In this document: positions 1-9,350 of the stretch, piece by piece
Layout of the letters: every line of letters starts with the position of its first letter
Position numbering within the stretch: the first letter of the stretch is position 1
From: Cyanophora paradoxa CCMP329
Taxonomy: Eukaryota; Plantae; Glaucophyta
Reading direction: 5' to 3'
Assembly (NCBI GenBank): GCA_004431415.1
Contig: QPMI01000416.1
Coordinates: 817,086 to 881,085 of the forward strand
DNA length: 64,000 nucleotides
Made by a program: the position numbers and the translations under genes
Notes under the pieces: model-generated
Databases searched by the model: none
What the model was told of the DNA's origin: nothing
What the model saw: the letters and a program-made list of their open reading frames with translations, nothing else

Positions 1-648
1 AGGACGCCCGCGTAGGTCTCGAACTCGTGCTGCCCGCAATGAATCGAGAACCGAAGCCGGACGTCCGGCCGCCTCCGTGGGTCGCGCATGCGCACCCGCT
101 TTCCTGTAACAGGCCTCCCGAGGCACGGGCGCCCCGGCCAGTTGGCGGCGCGCGTCGAGAACGCGTCGAATACCGTCGCTCGTGGCTCCATATGAATGCT
201 CTGTGCGCGCGCCGCGATGGATTCTAGCGCGCGCTAGCTGATTGCAATTGCTTTGCAATTTGATTTGCATGATCCCCTCCCGTTTCGAATCAACGCTCTA
301 GCTCTATACATGATAGCTAGATCTACTAGGCTAGCTAGATCTTCCCTAGATCTCCGATCGATCCGGGTCCCGGGATACCTCCTATATATAGCTAGTGCCG
401 CAGTGCGGCGCGCCGCGCCAGCGCTATATATAGCTAGCGCTAGCGCGGTGAATGGAATTCGGCCCGCGGCCCGGCGGATCGTTGCAATACAGTATACGTA
501 TATATATATATTGGGATGGCCGATCGTGCCGCCGGCCGCGGGCCGGCCGGCGCCGCCGCGCCGAGCGCCGGGGCCGGCGCCGGCCGAGGCCTCGCGATCG
601 AGATCAATTTAATTTTGCGATCAATTCAATTTTGCGATTAATTATATA

Positions 649-968
649 TTTTTTTTTTTGAGAGACTACGGTGGGGCGAACCCCCCGTAGGTAGTGATAT
701 TAAAGACAACAAAGCAATCACAAATCAAATTTTTTTTTTTTTGGTGAATTACCGGCCACAGCCTCTAGTCTACTCCAGCACTGTGGGGGCGTGTACAGGC
801 AAGGTGGGGCATGATCGATCGGAATTATGTGGAACGGGCGGGATTTGAAGGCGTGATTCTCATCGCAGGGCGATTCGAACACGGAAGGCATGCATCGGAA
901 AGCGTGTATGATAACCACACCGCTATGAGCGGGGGAATCACAAATCAAAGATACAGTAAACTAGCACA
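649..968 (-). mobile_element. Short poly(A)-tailed non-LTR retroposon fragment (outer element, about 100 bp excluding the nested SINE)
   Basis: T11 tract at 649-659; 13-bp direct repeat gattaattatata at 636-648 and 969-981 (TSD); stem-loop ctacgg-tggggcgaacccc-ccgtag at 666-690 next to the tail. Confidence 0.7.
730..935 (-). mobile_element. tRNA-derived SINE nested in the outer retroposon
   Basis: T13 at 730-742; perfect 14-bp TSD aatcacaaatcaaa at 716-729 and 936-949; minus-strand head has an A-box-like TAGCGGTGTGG and a B box GTTCGAATC. Confidence 0.8.
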
Positions 969-1101
969 GATTAATTATATATAAGTACTAGTTCTTTATT
1001 TTGCGCGAATATATATTCGAATTCCGCTTTTCGCGAAACAGGGGGAAGAGGTCAGCGAGGGGTACGACCCTCGAGCTTACGACCCCGCCGATCAGACGGT
1101 G

Positions 1102-4100
1102 ATGAGCGAATCCCAACGTAGCTTCTCTCAGCGCGGACCGCGCACTGACGGGCAGTCGCCTCGGGAGGGGGGCCGCTCGAGTGGAGGTGGATACAACAGC
1201 CCGCGCTCCCACGGCGGCGAAGGAGGAGGAGGAGGCCGCTATAACAGCCCGCGCGGCGGGTACGATCGGCGCCCCGGCGGGGATTCGCGCGGAGGTGCGT
1301 ACGCTGGCCGCGCGGCGCGGGTGGCGCGCTGCGTTCTTTCGTCGCTGAACCGCTCATTCCCTTGATTGCGTAGCGTCGCCCAGGCCGCCTCTCGACCCCT
1401 CGTATGCGTGCTCCGATCTCCTATCCTGCGCGCGATCCCAACACCTGCTCGACAGGCGGGCCCCAGGCGGCTCCCGACATGGGCCCGAAGGCGGTGCGGA
1501 AGGGCCGACATCGGCTGATGATGGCGAGGGAGGCGGCGCCCCGGGTGCGCCACTCTGGTTCTGCGATCAGATCGGGCCGCCCTTGCTCACTGAGTGATCG
1601 GTCCGATCGGTGCAGTTCGGAAGGATCTTCGACGCGTAATGGGCGGCGACCCGAGCAGCATGCGCCGCGTCTCCTCAACCGCGCAGCTCGAGAAGGGTTC
1701 GCCGATGTCGAATCGCCGAAAACTGCCTCTGATCTCTCTGACTCATTCCGCAGCTGGAAGTATGCACCGCGTTGGATCATGGGATATGATGGCAGACGCG
1801 AGCCGCGGCGACAGTGCGAAAGACCGCCCCCGTGTTTCGAGCGAATGCGTGACGGGTCCGCGCACGGCAGGCATGCGGCGCGTGTCCTCTATGGAAGGAA
1901 ACATGGACAAGCACGGGGGGGGTGGCGGGACCGGAGGTGGCGGAATGTCTCGCAGGCGAGCGCCCCGCGCTCTCTTCCTTCCTTTCCTTCCTTTTCTGAC
2001 GGAAGGGGCAGCTCAAGCAGGAACCGCATCGCCCCGCCGGCGACCGTCTGGGCGAAATGGGCACCCGCGGAGAGCGTCATCAAGCTCACGCCCCAGGCGA
2101 GCCGGCAGCACACCCAGCCGGCGGCGACAGCCCGCCCCGCCCCCGAGACGCTGAAGCGGAGCCGTGGCGCAGGAGGTGGAGGAGATACGCAAGTCGCGCA
2201 ACATAAGCGTCTCCGGTGCGGGGGGGGTGGGGGGCGGGGTGCGCCTCGCGGGGCTCACGGGTCCGCGGGGGCGGGGGCGCAGGAGAGGAGCCGGTGCCGA
2301 ACCCCGTGCAGTACTTCGACGAGCTGAACGTGGACGACCGCATCCTCGCCGACATCGCCTCGCACAAGCGCGCCCCGCCCCGCCGCCCCCGCCGCCGCCC
2401 CTCTCCGAGCCCCTCGCCCCGCAGGTACATCAAGCCGACCCCAATCCAGTGCCAGGCCCTCCCGGCCGCCCTCTCCGGCCGCGACATCCTCGGCTTTGCA
2501 GAGACCGGCTCCGGTCCGCCCCGCCCCGCCCCGCCCCGCCCCGCCCCGCCCCGCCCCGCCCGGCTGGCGCCGAGGCGGCGGCGGCAGGCAAGACGGCGGC
2601 GTTCTGCATCCCCATGATCGCCCACATCCTCCACCAGGTCGGCGCCGCCCCCGCCTCCGTAGCGCAGCGGCTGACGCCGGCGCAGTCGCCGATCCAGCGC
2701 GGGGACGGCCCGATCGCCCTCGTGCTGGCCCCGACCCGCGAGCTCGCCCAGCAGATCGACAAGGCGCGCAGCCCGCCGCGCCGCCGCCGCCGCGCCGCGC
2801 ACGAGCCGGGGCGCAGGAGGCGAAGATGTTCTCCATCTCGTCCCGCATCAAGGGCACCATCGTGGTGGGCGGGGCGGAGAACATGGGCAGCAGGCGCGGC
2901 GGCCCCGCCCCCGGGGGCTGGGGCGCTGACGGCGGGGCAGCGGGGGGACCTGCGGGCGGGGTGGACTTCGTCGTGGCGACCCCGGGGCGCTTCATCCAGC
3001 ACCTCCAGCAGGCGCGCCGCCCCCGCCGCCTCCCGGCACGGGGCGCGCGGGGGCCGAGGCGGGGCGTGGGGCGCGCGGGCGGGCAGGGGAACACGGCGCT
3101 CTCGCGGTGCTCGTTCCTGGTGCTGGACGAGGCCGACCGCATGCTCGACATGGGCTTCGAGGACCAGATCCACGACATCGTCGCCCGCATCGCCAAGGCC
3201 CGCCACGCCCCGCCCCGCCCCCGCCCCGCCCCGGGCCCCGCCCCAGGCCACGGGCCGCCGCGGCGGGGCCTCGTGACGCGGGGCGGGCAGGAGCGGCAGA
3301 CGCTGCTCTTCTCGGCGACGATGCCCGAGGAGATCGAGGCCCTCGCAGAGGCGCGCCGCGCCGGCCCGTGCGCCGGCAAGCCGCCGCGCGGGGGCCGACG
3401 GGGCGGGCGGGGGGGCGCAGGCCTTCCTCAAGAACCCCATCCGCATCTCCATCGGGACGGTCAACAAGCCGACGAAGAACGTCACGCAGGCCCGCCCCGC
3501 CCGCCCCGCCCGCCCCGCGCCCCCGCGGGGGCGAGCGTGTGCGGGGCGCAGTTCCTGGAGTACACGCCGGAGGAGCGCAAGAAGCAGCGGCTCATCGAGA
3601 TCATCCGCGTGGACGAAGAGGAGGCGATGGAGCGGGGCAAGGACCAGCCGCAGGCGCCCCCTTCCCCGCCCCCGCCGCGCGCGCCGGCGAGCCGGCGGCC
3701 GGGGCGCAGATCCTGGTCTTCGTGGAGACGAAGATCAAGTGCGAGGAGCTCTGCGTCGCCCTCCTCCAGGCCCGCCCCGCCGCCCCGCCGCCCCGCCCCC
3801 TCGGCGCCGCTGACGGGGCGGGGCGGGCGCAGGAGGGCCACCACGCCGACCGCCTGCACGCCGACCGCACGCAGCCGCAGCGCGAGGCCGCGCTCCAGGC
3901 GAGCCGCGCCCCCGCGCCCCGCGCCCGCCCCCGGGGCCCCGCCGGCCCGCCCTGAGGCCGCGGGGCAGTCGTACCGGGACGGGATGATCAACGTGCTGAT
4001 CGCCACGGACCTCGCCTCCCGCGGCCTCGACGTCACGGCGCGCTGCCCCGCCCCGCCCCGCCCGCGCGGCCCGGCGCTGAGGGGCCGGCCGCAGGGCATC

Positions 4101-4686
4101 ACCCACGTGATCAACTACGACCTGCCGAAGAAGATGGAGGACTACGTGCACCGCATCGGGCGCACGGGGCGGGCCGGCACCTGGGGCAAGGCCACCTCCT
4201 TCTACGACGACCGCGACGCCGACATCGCGCGCCCCCGCCGCCGTCCCCGCCCCCGCCCCTCGCTGACCCCCCGCCCCGCCCCCGCCCCGCAGGTGCTCTC
4301 GATCCGGCGGGCGATCGCGGACGCGCACCGGCCGGAGTCGGGGGGCGGGGAGGCGGTGTTCGCGGCCGGCAAGGCGGCGCGGCGGCGGGAGAAGGCGGAG
4401 AAGGAGGAGCAGCGGCTGCGGCGCAAGGAGCTCGAGGAGCAGGTCGCCGCGATGAACGTCGACGACAAGTACAAGCACATGCTCCTCCAGGCCCGCCACC
4501 CACCCTGCCCCACGCCCCGCTCCGCTCCCGGCCCCCGGCCCCCCTCACGCGCCCCCGCCCCGCCTGCAGCCACTCTCGGACCGGACGGAGAGCCCGACGC
4601 CCCCGAGCGGGGCGGCGCCCTCGGCGGGGCCGGCGGGGAACGTGCTGCCCCCCCGCGAGAGCATCCCCGACGCGTGGGACGACTGA
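1102..4686 (+). CDS. DEAD-box RNA helicase, DBP2/DDX5-like (multi-exon)
   Basis: Spliced exons give the Q motif [39 protein letters not shown] and [10 protein letters not shown]; RGG-rich N-terminus; ends DAWDD-TGA (4684-4686); two 1-nt G-run deletions near 2885 and 2958 relative to the inverted copy are probably assembly errors. Confidence 0.92.
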
Positions 4687-5329
4687 GCGCCGCCCCGCCC
4701 GCCCTTCCCGAGGGCGGCGCGCCCCGCCCGCCCTCGCCGAGGGCGGCGCGCCTGGCACGGCGTGGCTGCAGGCGGCCCTCGAGCACTCATTGGAGCCTAG
4801 CGAGTGCTTTCTTGCGAGCGTCGTAGACGCCTCTCTCGCGTTTCGGTGGCCCAATCCCGGGCCCTGGCTGACTTCTTTTTGAATCTGTTTCTCTTCTCTA
4901 CGGTTAGCGCTTTCATTTTATGCAATCGTCAGCTGCCAGCTGCACATGCATAACGGCCGTGTTGCGGGACCTCGAGCTCGCGTGTACATGCCGCGATCAG
5001 TGCCACAGTGTCCGCAATGCCCTCGCGAGCTCACGTGTGCACTCATGCCTATATATGCATATGCGGTAGCGCCGGAGATCTCGATCGATCGCGAGCGCTA
5101 TAGCTAGCTCATTGCTGTTCGCCATGGCCATGGCCATGGGCATGCGTGCCACCTCAAGGCGGATCCGGACCCCAATCATTGAGTCTATATTAATTAATTC
5201 ACTATAGCAATAGCACTCGTGGGGCAATCGCTCGCAGCGCGAGGGGAGGGTCTGGCGCTGGCCATGCGATGTGGACGACGAGTCATCGGACGAGGGCGTC
5301 GGCACTCGAGGCGGGCAGCAGCGGAGGGC

Positions 5330-6228
5330 CTACACGCGGGACTTCACTCCAGTGGCGGCGGCCGAGACGGCGGCGTGGGCGGCGCCGGCGGCGGCCCCCG
5401 CGGCGCCCCGGGCGCCCGAGGAGAACTCACGCTTGAGGTCGGACCAGAGCTCGGCGTCCAGGCGCGCCTGACCCCTCTGCACCGCCGAGATCGCAAAGCC
5501 AAGGGCCTGCACGCAAGGCGCCCCCGCGTGGGCCGCGGCGCGGCGCGCTCCGGCGGCGCGGCGCGGAGGGGCGGGGCCGGGCGGCAGCGGGCGGACCACA
5601 AGGGAGGCTGCAGTGCGGACCGCGTGCTGATTGTTCCAGAGAGCCAGGAGGCGCCGCGCCTCGGCCTCGGAAAGCTCCTGCGCCGTGTCCAGCAGCGGCC
5701 TGTACATGTATGATTGCGACGAGCGGCTTATCTCCCGAAAGCGGGGCCAAGCGCCCCCCAGCGACGCACTTCAGGGTCGTTGGCCGCATTACACCCACGG
5801 TCCAAGGGACGACGGAACCGAGGCTTAGGCCGGCTACAAGCATTCGCTTGTTGCCTACGGCCGCGAGTTGGGTTCACGAGCGGTGAGAGGCAGGGCGCGT
5901 GGAGCCACATACGCATATGCATACACGGACGTACCAGCAATGGCCCAAGCGGCGATGGCTGCCGCCGAACCGACGACGGCGAAGCCGAGCTGCATCTTCG
6001 CAACGCGCCAGAACTCGTCTCTCCATAGGCGCACGGCAGTCGCGGCGTCAAGACTCTGCGCAGGCGAACTCGTCACATCGATCAGAGACGCTGCGTCGAC
6101 GACCCGAAGCGAACCTTCTTGGCCGGCTGCCCCACCACATTGATCGAAAGTGCTGTGCCGGCAAACAGCCCGGTCGTTGCAACAGCAACGCCCTCGCATA
6201 CCAGGAGCTCGGCAAGGCCGACAGGCAT
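5330..6228 (-). CDS. DUF1772/anthrone oxygenase-like membrane protein
   Basis: Exons give ATTGLFAGTALSINVVGQPA / AVRLWRDEFWRVAKMQLGFAVVG / VVPWTVGVMRPT / ARRLLALWNNQHAVRTAASL, matching the DUF1772 pattern. Confidence 0.7.
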
Positions 6229-7019
6229 CTCGTCACGCAGCGTGAGTGCGCCCTGACGTTTTGGAGGCTCAAACGTCAGCTCCTTGTACGGGTTCGTTCA
6301 ACTTCGTTGTATGCCCCCCTCCGAAAAGGATTCGTTGTACCCCCTCGAGAAGGACCTATCGTTGCAATCTGGCCCAACGACAATTTTTCTGTAGCTAGAT
6401 CTAGATCTAGATCTAGAGCTCGGCCGCGGAGCTCGATCGAGGCTCCCCCTCCCCCCCGACCCCCCCCTCCAGCAACTTTCTGAGGTTGGCGGCTCTAGGG
6501 CACGCTCCGGATCCCCCCTACTAGGCTAGGCACGCTCCGGATCCCCCCTAGGCACGCATGCCCCTCCATCACACCTCTACATATATATAGCTAGGCACGT
6601 TCCTGACGAGCATGCGCAAACCTCCAACCCCGCGCCCGCCGTGTACGTGCAGGCGACACGACGGGCCGTTCCTCTCAGCTGCAGAGGCATATATAGCTAC
6701 TGTAGTAGTACTGCTGCAGTTCGTTTAGCCGTTCTTTCTCTTCCCCACTTATAATTAGAGCCTTGGGAAGTCTTTCCCTTCCTCGAGTAGGATCATCTCC
6801 CTTATAATTATATTGCAGCTTATATTTTGTCCCTGGTCCGGGGTAGCCTTTCCAGCTAGTTACACATCAGAGCTCTCAAGTCCGGCTGTCAAGCGGACCG
6901 AAGAATTCACAAGTGAGAGCGGGGACACGCGTTCGAAATACAGCGAATGAGTTGGCGTGGGGGATAGTCGGGGCAGGGCGGGGCAGCAGTGGGGGACCAG
7001 AAGCTGGTGGAAGGTGGCC

Positions 7020-8376
7020 CTACAAGAAGTAGGAAACAGTGCTCCGGGTCGGGATCATCTCGTGCGCCTCGGACACTTCCCTGAAGATCTGCGCCGGACC
7101 ACGTTAGCTGGCGAAATTGGCTCGCAGGTTGACCCGCGGACCTTGAACTCGCGCTCAAGGTTGTCCTTGAAGGCCAGGATGGCGGCAACGTTGCCACAGC
7201 GGTAGCAGTAGTTGGGGGCCGACCAAACTGTCACAAGGCTCTTGTCTGGGAACATGTACTTGTACCCCTCTTGAACCAGCTGATGCGCCCGGCAGATCAG
7301 CTCCAGCTTGTTCAAATGGTTGAACTGCGTAGCTCCATGACGTCAATCGCGGCCAAGGCAGCGCGGGGCCCAGAACGAGCCGCCCGCACCTCTGCCGTCA
7401 CTTTGGCGCCGAAGAGCCATCCGGCACCTCGCGGGCTGACCGCCCACGTCTCGATCTCCTCCGGGTCGCTCCACATAAGGTCTTCGCGGGCGGAGCACTC
7501 AGGGGGGACATCACGGGCACAGGAAGGGGCAGGGCTAACCGCAGAAGGAGCCCTCGTGAGGGATCTCCTGTCTCCGGTTGATAGTGCGGATCTGGTCCAG
7601 CGTCCGGATGTCGGGGGACAAGCCGCCGTGCACGCAGAGGATACGGCCGTCGATGACCTACGACCGCGGCCGGTTCGCACCGATGTACGCAGCGGCGGGA
7701 CGCAATGCGAACAGCGGCGCACGGCGGCGAGCGTCAGGTAATCGACGACATCTGTACAGTACTTCCACGCGTTCGCGTTGCCGTACTTGCGCTGGCACTC
7801 GTCGTAAAAACCGTACACCTGCGTGATTTGCCGCGACTCGTGGTTCCCGCGGAGTAGTGTGATGTTCGCTGGATACCTGCGAGTAGACGGTGAGGATGCC
7901 AGACAGAAGGAAAGAAGAGAGAAGAAGTCGACGGGATCGGTCGGCTCACCTCGCCTTCAAGCAGAGCAGCAGCGTGAATGTTTCAAGGCTGTTGTATCCA
8001 CGGTCGACGAAGTCACCCTGTAAACACAAACGCACGCGGTGAGCTGCAAACGGACGCGCACGCGGGGAGCTAGCCCCGGCAGCGATTCACCATGAAGATG
8101 TAGTTCGTGTCGGGGATCTCGCCTCCTGCGGAATAGCTCCAGCAGATCGTGGAACTGGCCGTGGATGTCTCCGCACACTGTGACGGGGCTGCTAACGGGC
8201 TGCACATTGCTCTCCTCGAGCAGCAGCTCCTTAACCTGCCATCGAACGCGTCGAAACCAGAGGGCCGCTCGACGAGGAGGGATGCGAACCCCCTCGCAGA
8301 GCTTCTTCAGATCGTTTTCTGAAAGATACTCGCACTTCCTGACCTGCTCAATCCTGTGACCCTGGGTGGTGAGCAC
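7020..8376 (-). pseudogene. 5'-truncated duplicate of the PP6 catalytic subunit gene
   Basis: Near-identical to 12788-14146; lacks the start micro-exons; 2-nt deletion near 8126 (gcctcctgcg vs gcctcccgtgcg) shifts the frame; DVFDYL changed to DVVDYL. Confidence 0.75.
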
Positions 8377-8828
8377 GCTCGCAGCGGGAGATATACACAT
8401 CATTCGAACGTAGCAGCGCATCCAAATACGGCATCTCCGCGCGGCCCAATTCCAGCCGGGGGCGAAAGACGCCGAATATGTTGCGTGGAGGCAGGCAGGG
8501 GAACATGGCGCTCTCGCGTAGCTCGTTTTCGGTGCTGGACGAGGCTGACCGCATGCTCGCGAGACATGGGCTTCGCGGACCAGATCAACGACAACCCCGG
8601 GTGGTGAGCACGCTTGCAGCGGGAGATACACACAGCATTTGAACGTAGCAGCGCAACAAAAACGGCATCTCTGCGCGGCCGAATTCCAGCAGTGGGCGAG
8701 AGCCGCCGCATATGTTGCGCGGGGGCGGGCAGGGAAACACGGCGCTCTCGCGGTGCTCATTTTTGTTGCTGGACGAGGCTGACCGCATGCGAGCTCGACA
8801 TGGGCTTCGAGGATCAGATCCACGACAT
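8360..8828 (+). repeat. Diverged tandem duplication (2 x about 235 bp) of a PP6-intron/helicase-motif-II chimeric junction
   Basis: Unit gggtggtgagcacgct..gcagcgggagata..ctggacgaggctgaccgcatg..catgggcttcg..cagatc occurs at about 8360-8594 and 8595-8828. Confidence 0.8.
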
Positions 8829-9323
8829 CGTCGCCCGCATCGCCAAGGCCCGCCACGCCCCGCCCCGCTCCCGCCCCAGGCCACGGGACGCCGCGGCGGG
8901 GCCTCGTGACGCGGGGGCGGGCAGGAGCGGCAGACGCTGCTCTTCTCGGCGACGATGCCCGAGGAGATCGAGGCCCTCGCAGAGGCGCGCCGCGCCGGCC
9001 CATGCGCCGGCAAGCCGCCGCGCGGGGGCCGACGGGGCGGGCGGGGGGGCGCAGGCCTTCCTCAAGAACCCCATCCGCATCTCCATCGGGACGGTCAACA
9101 AGCCGACGAAGAACGTCACGCAGGCGCGCCGCGGCCCGGGCGCAGATCCTGGTCTTCCTGGAGACGAATATCAAGTGCGAGGAGCTCTGCGTCGCCCTCC
9201 TCCAGGCCCGCCCCGCCGCCCCGCCGCCCCACGCCCCGCCCCCTCGGCGCCGCTGACGGGGCGGGGCGGGCGCAGGAGGGCCACCACGCCGACCGCCTGC
9301 ACGCCGATCGCACGCAGCCGCAG
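8718..9323 (+). pseudogene. Internal fragment of the DEAD-box helicase (motif II to the HADR exon)
   Basis: Matches about 3075-3880, with a 4-nt insertion after DEADRM and loss of the FLEYTPEE exon. Confidence 0.8.
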
Positions 9324-9350
9324 CTCGAGAGACCCCGGCATCGTGCGCTT

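Noticed and set aside
860-935. Possible tRNA-Gly(TCC) on the minus strand
   Set aside because: A/B boxes are present but acceptor and T stems do not pair well, and it continues into a poly(A) element with a TSD; treated as a SINE head
2880-2965. Frameshifts in the main helicase copy (pseudogene or programmed frameshift)
   Set aside because: Both are 1-nt differences in G runs and the inverted copy has the in-frame version, with the reverse situation near 10290; typical homopolymer errors
2096-4570. Introns as an Introner-like mobile family
   Set aside because: They share only low-complexity CCCCG/GGGGC content, with no specific sequence identity or TSDs
6496-6555. Direct repeat ggcacgctccggatccccccta x2 as a CRISPR-like array
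   Set aside because: Only two units with an 8-nt gap, no cas genes and a eukaryotic context; a local tandem duplication
7020-9174. 405-aa ORF 7957-9174 as a real helicase-PP6 fusion protein
   Set aside because: The helicase part is read antisense and the PP6 part is frameshifted; a by-product of the rearrangement
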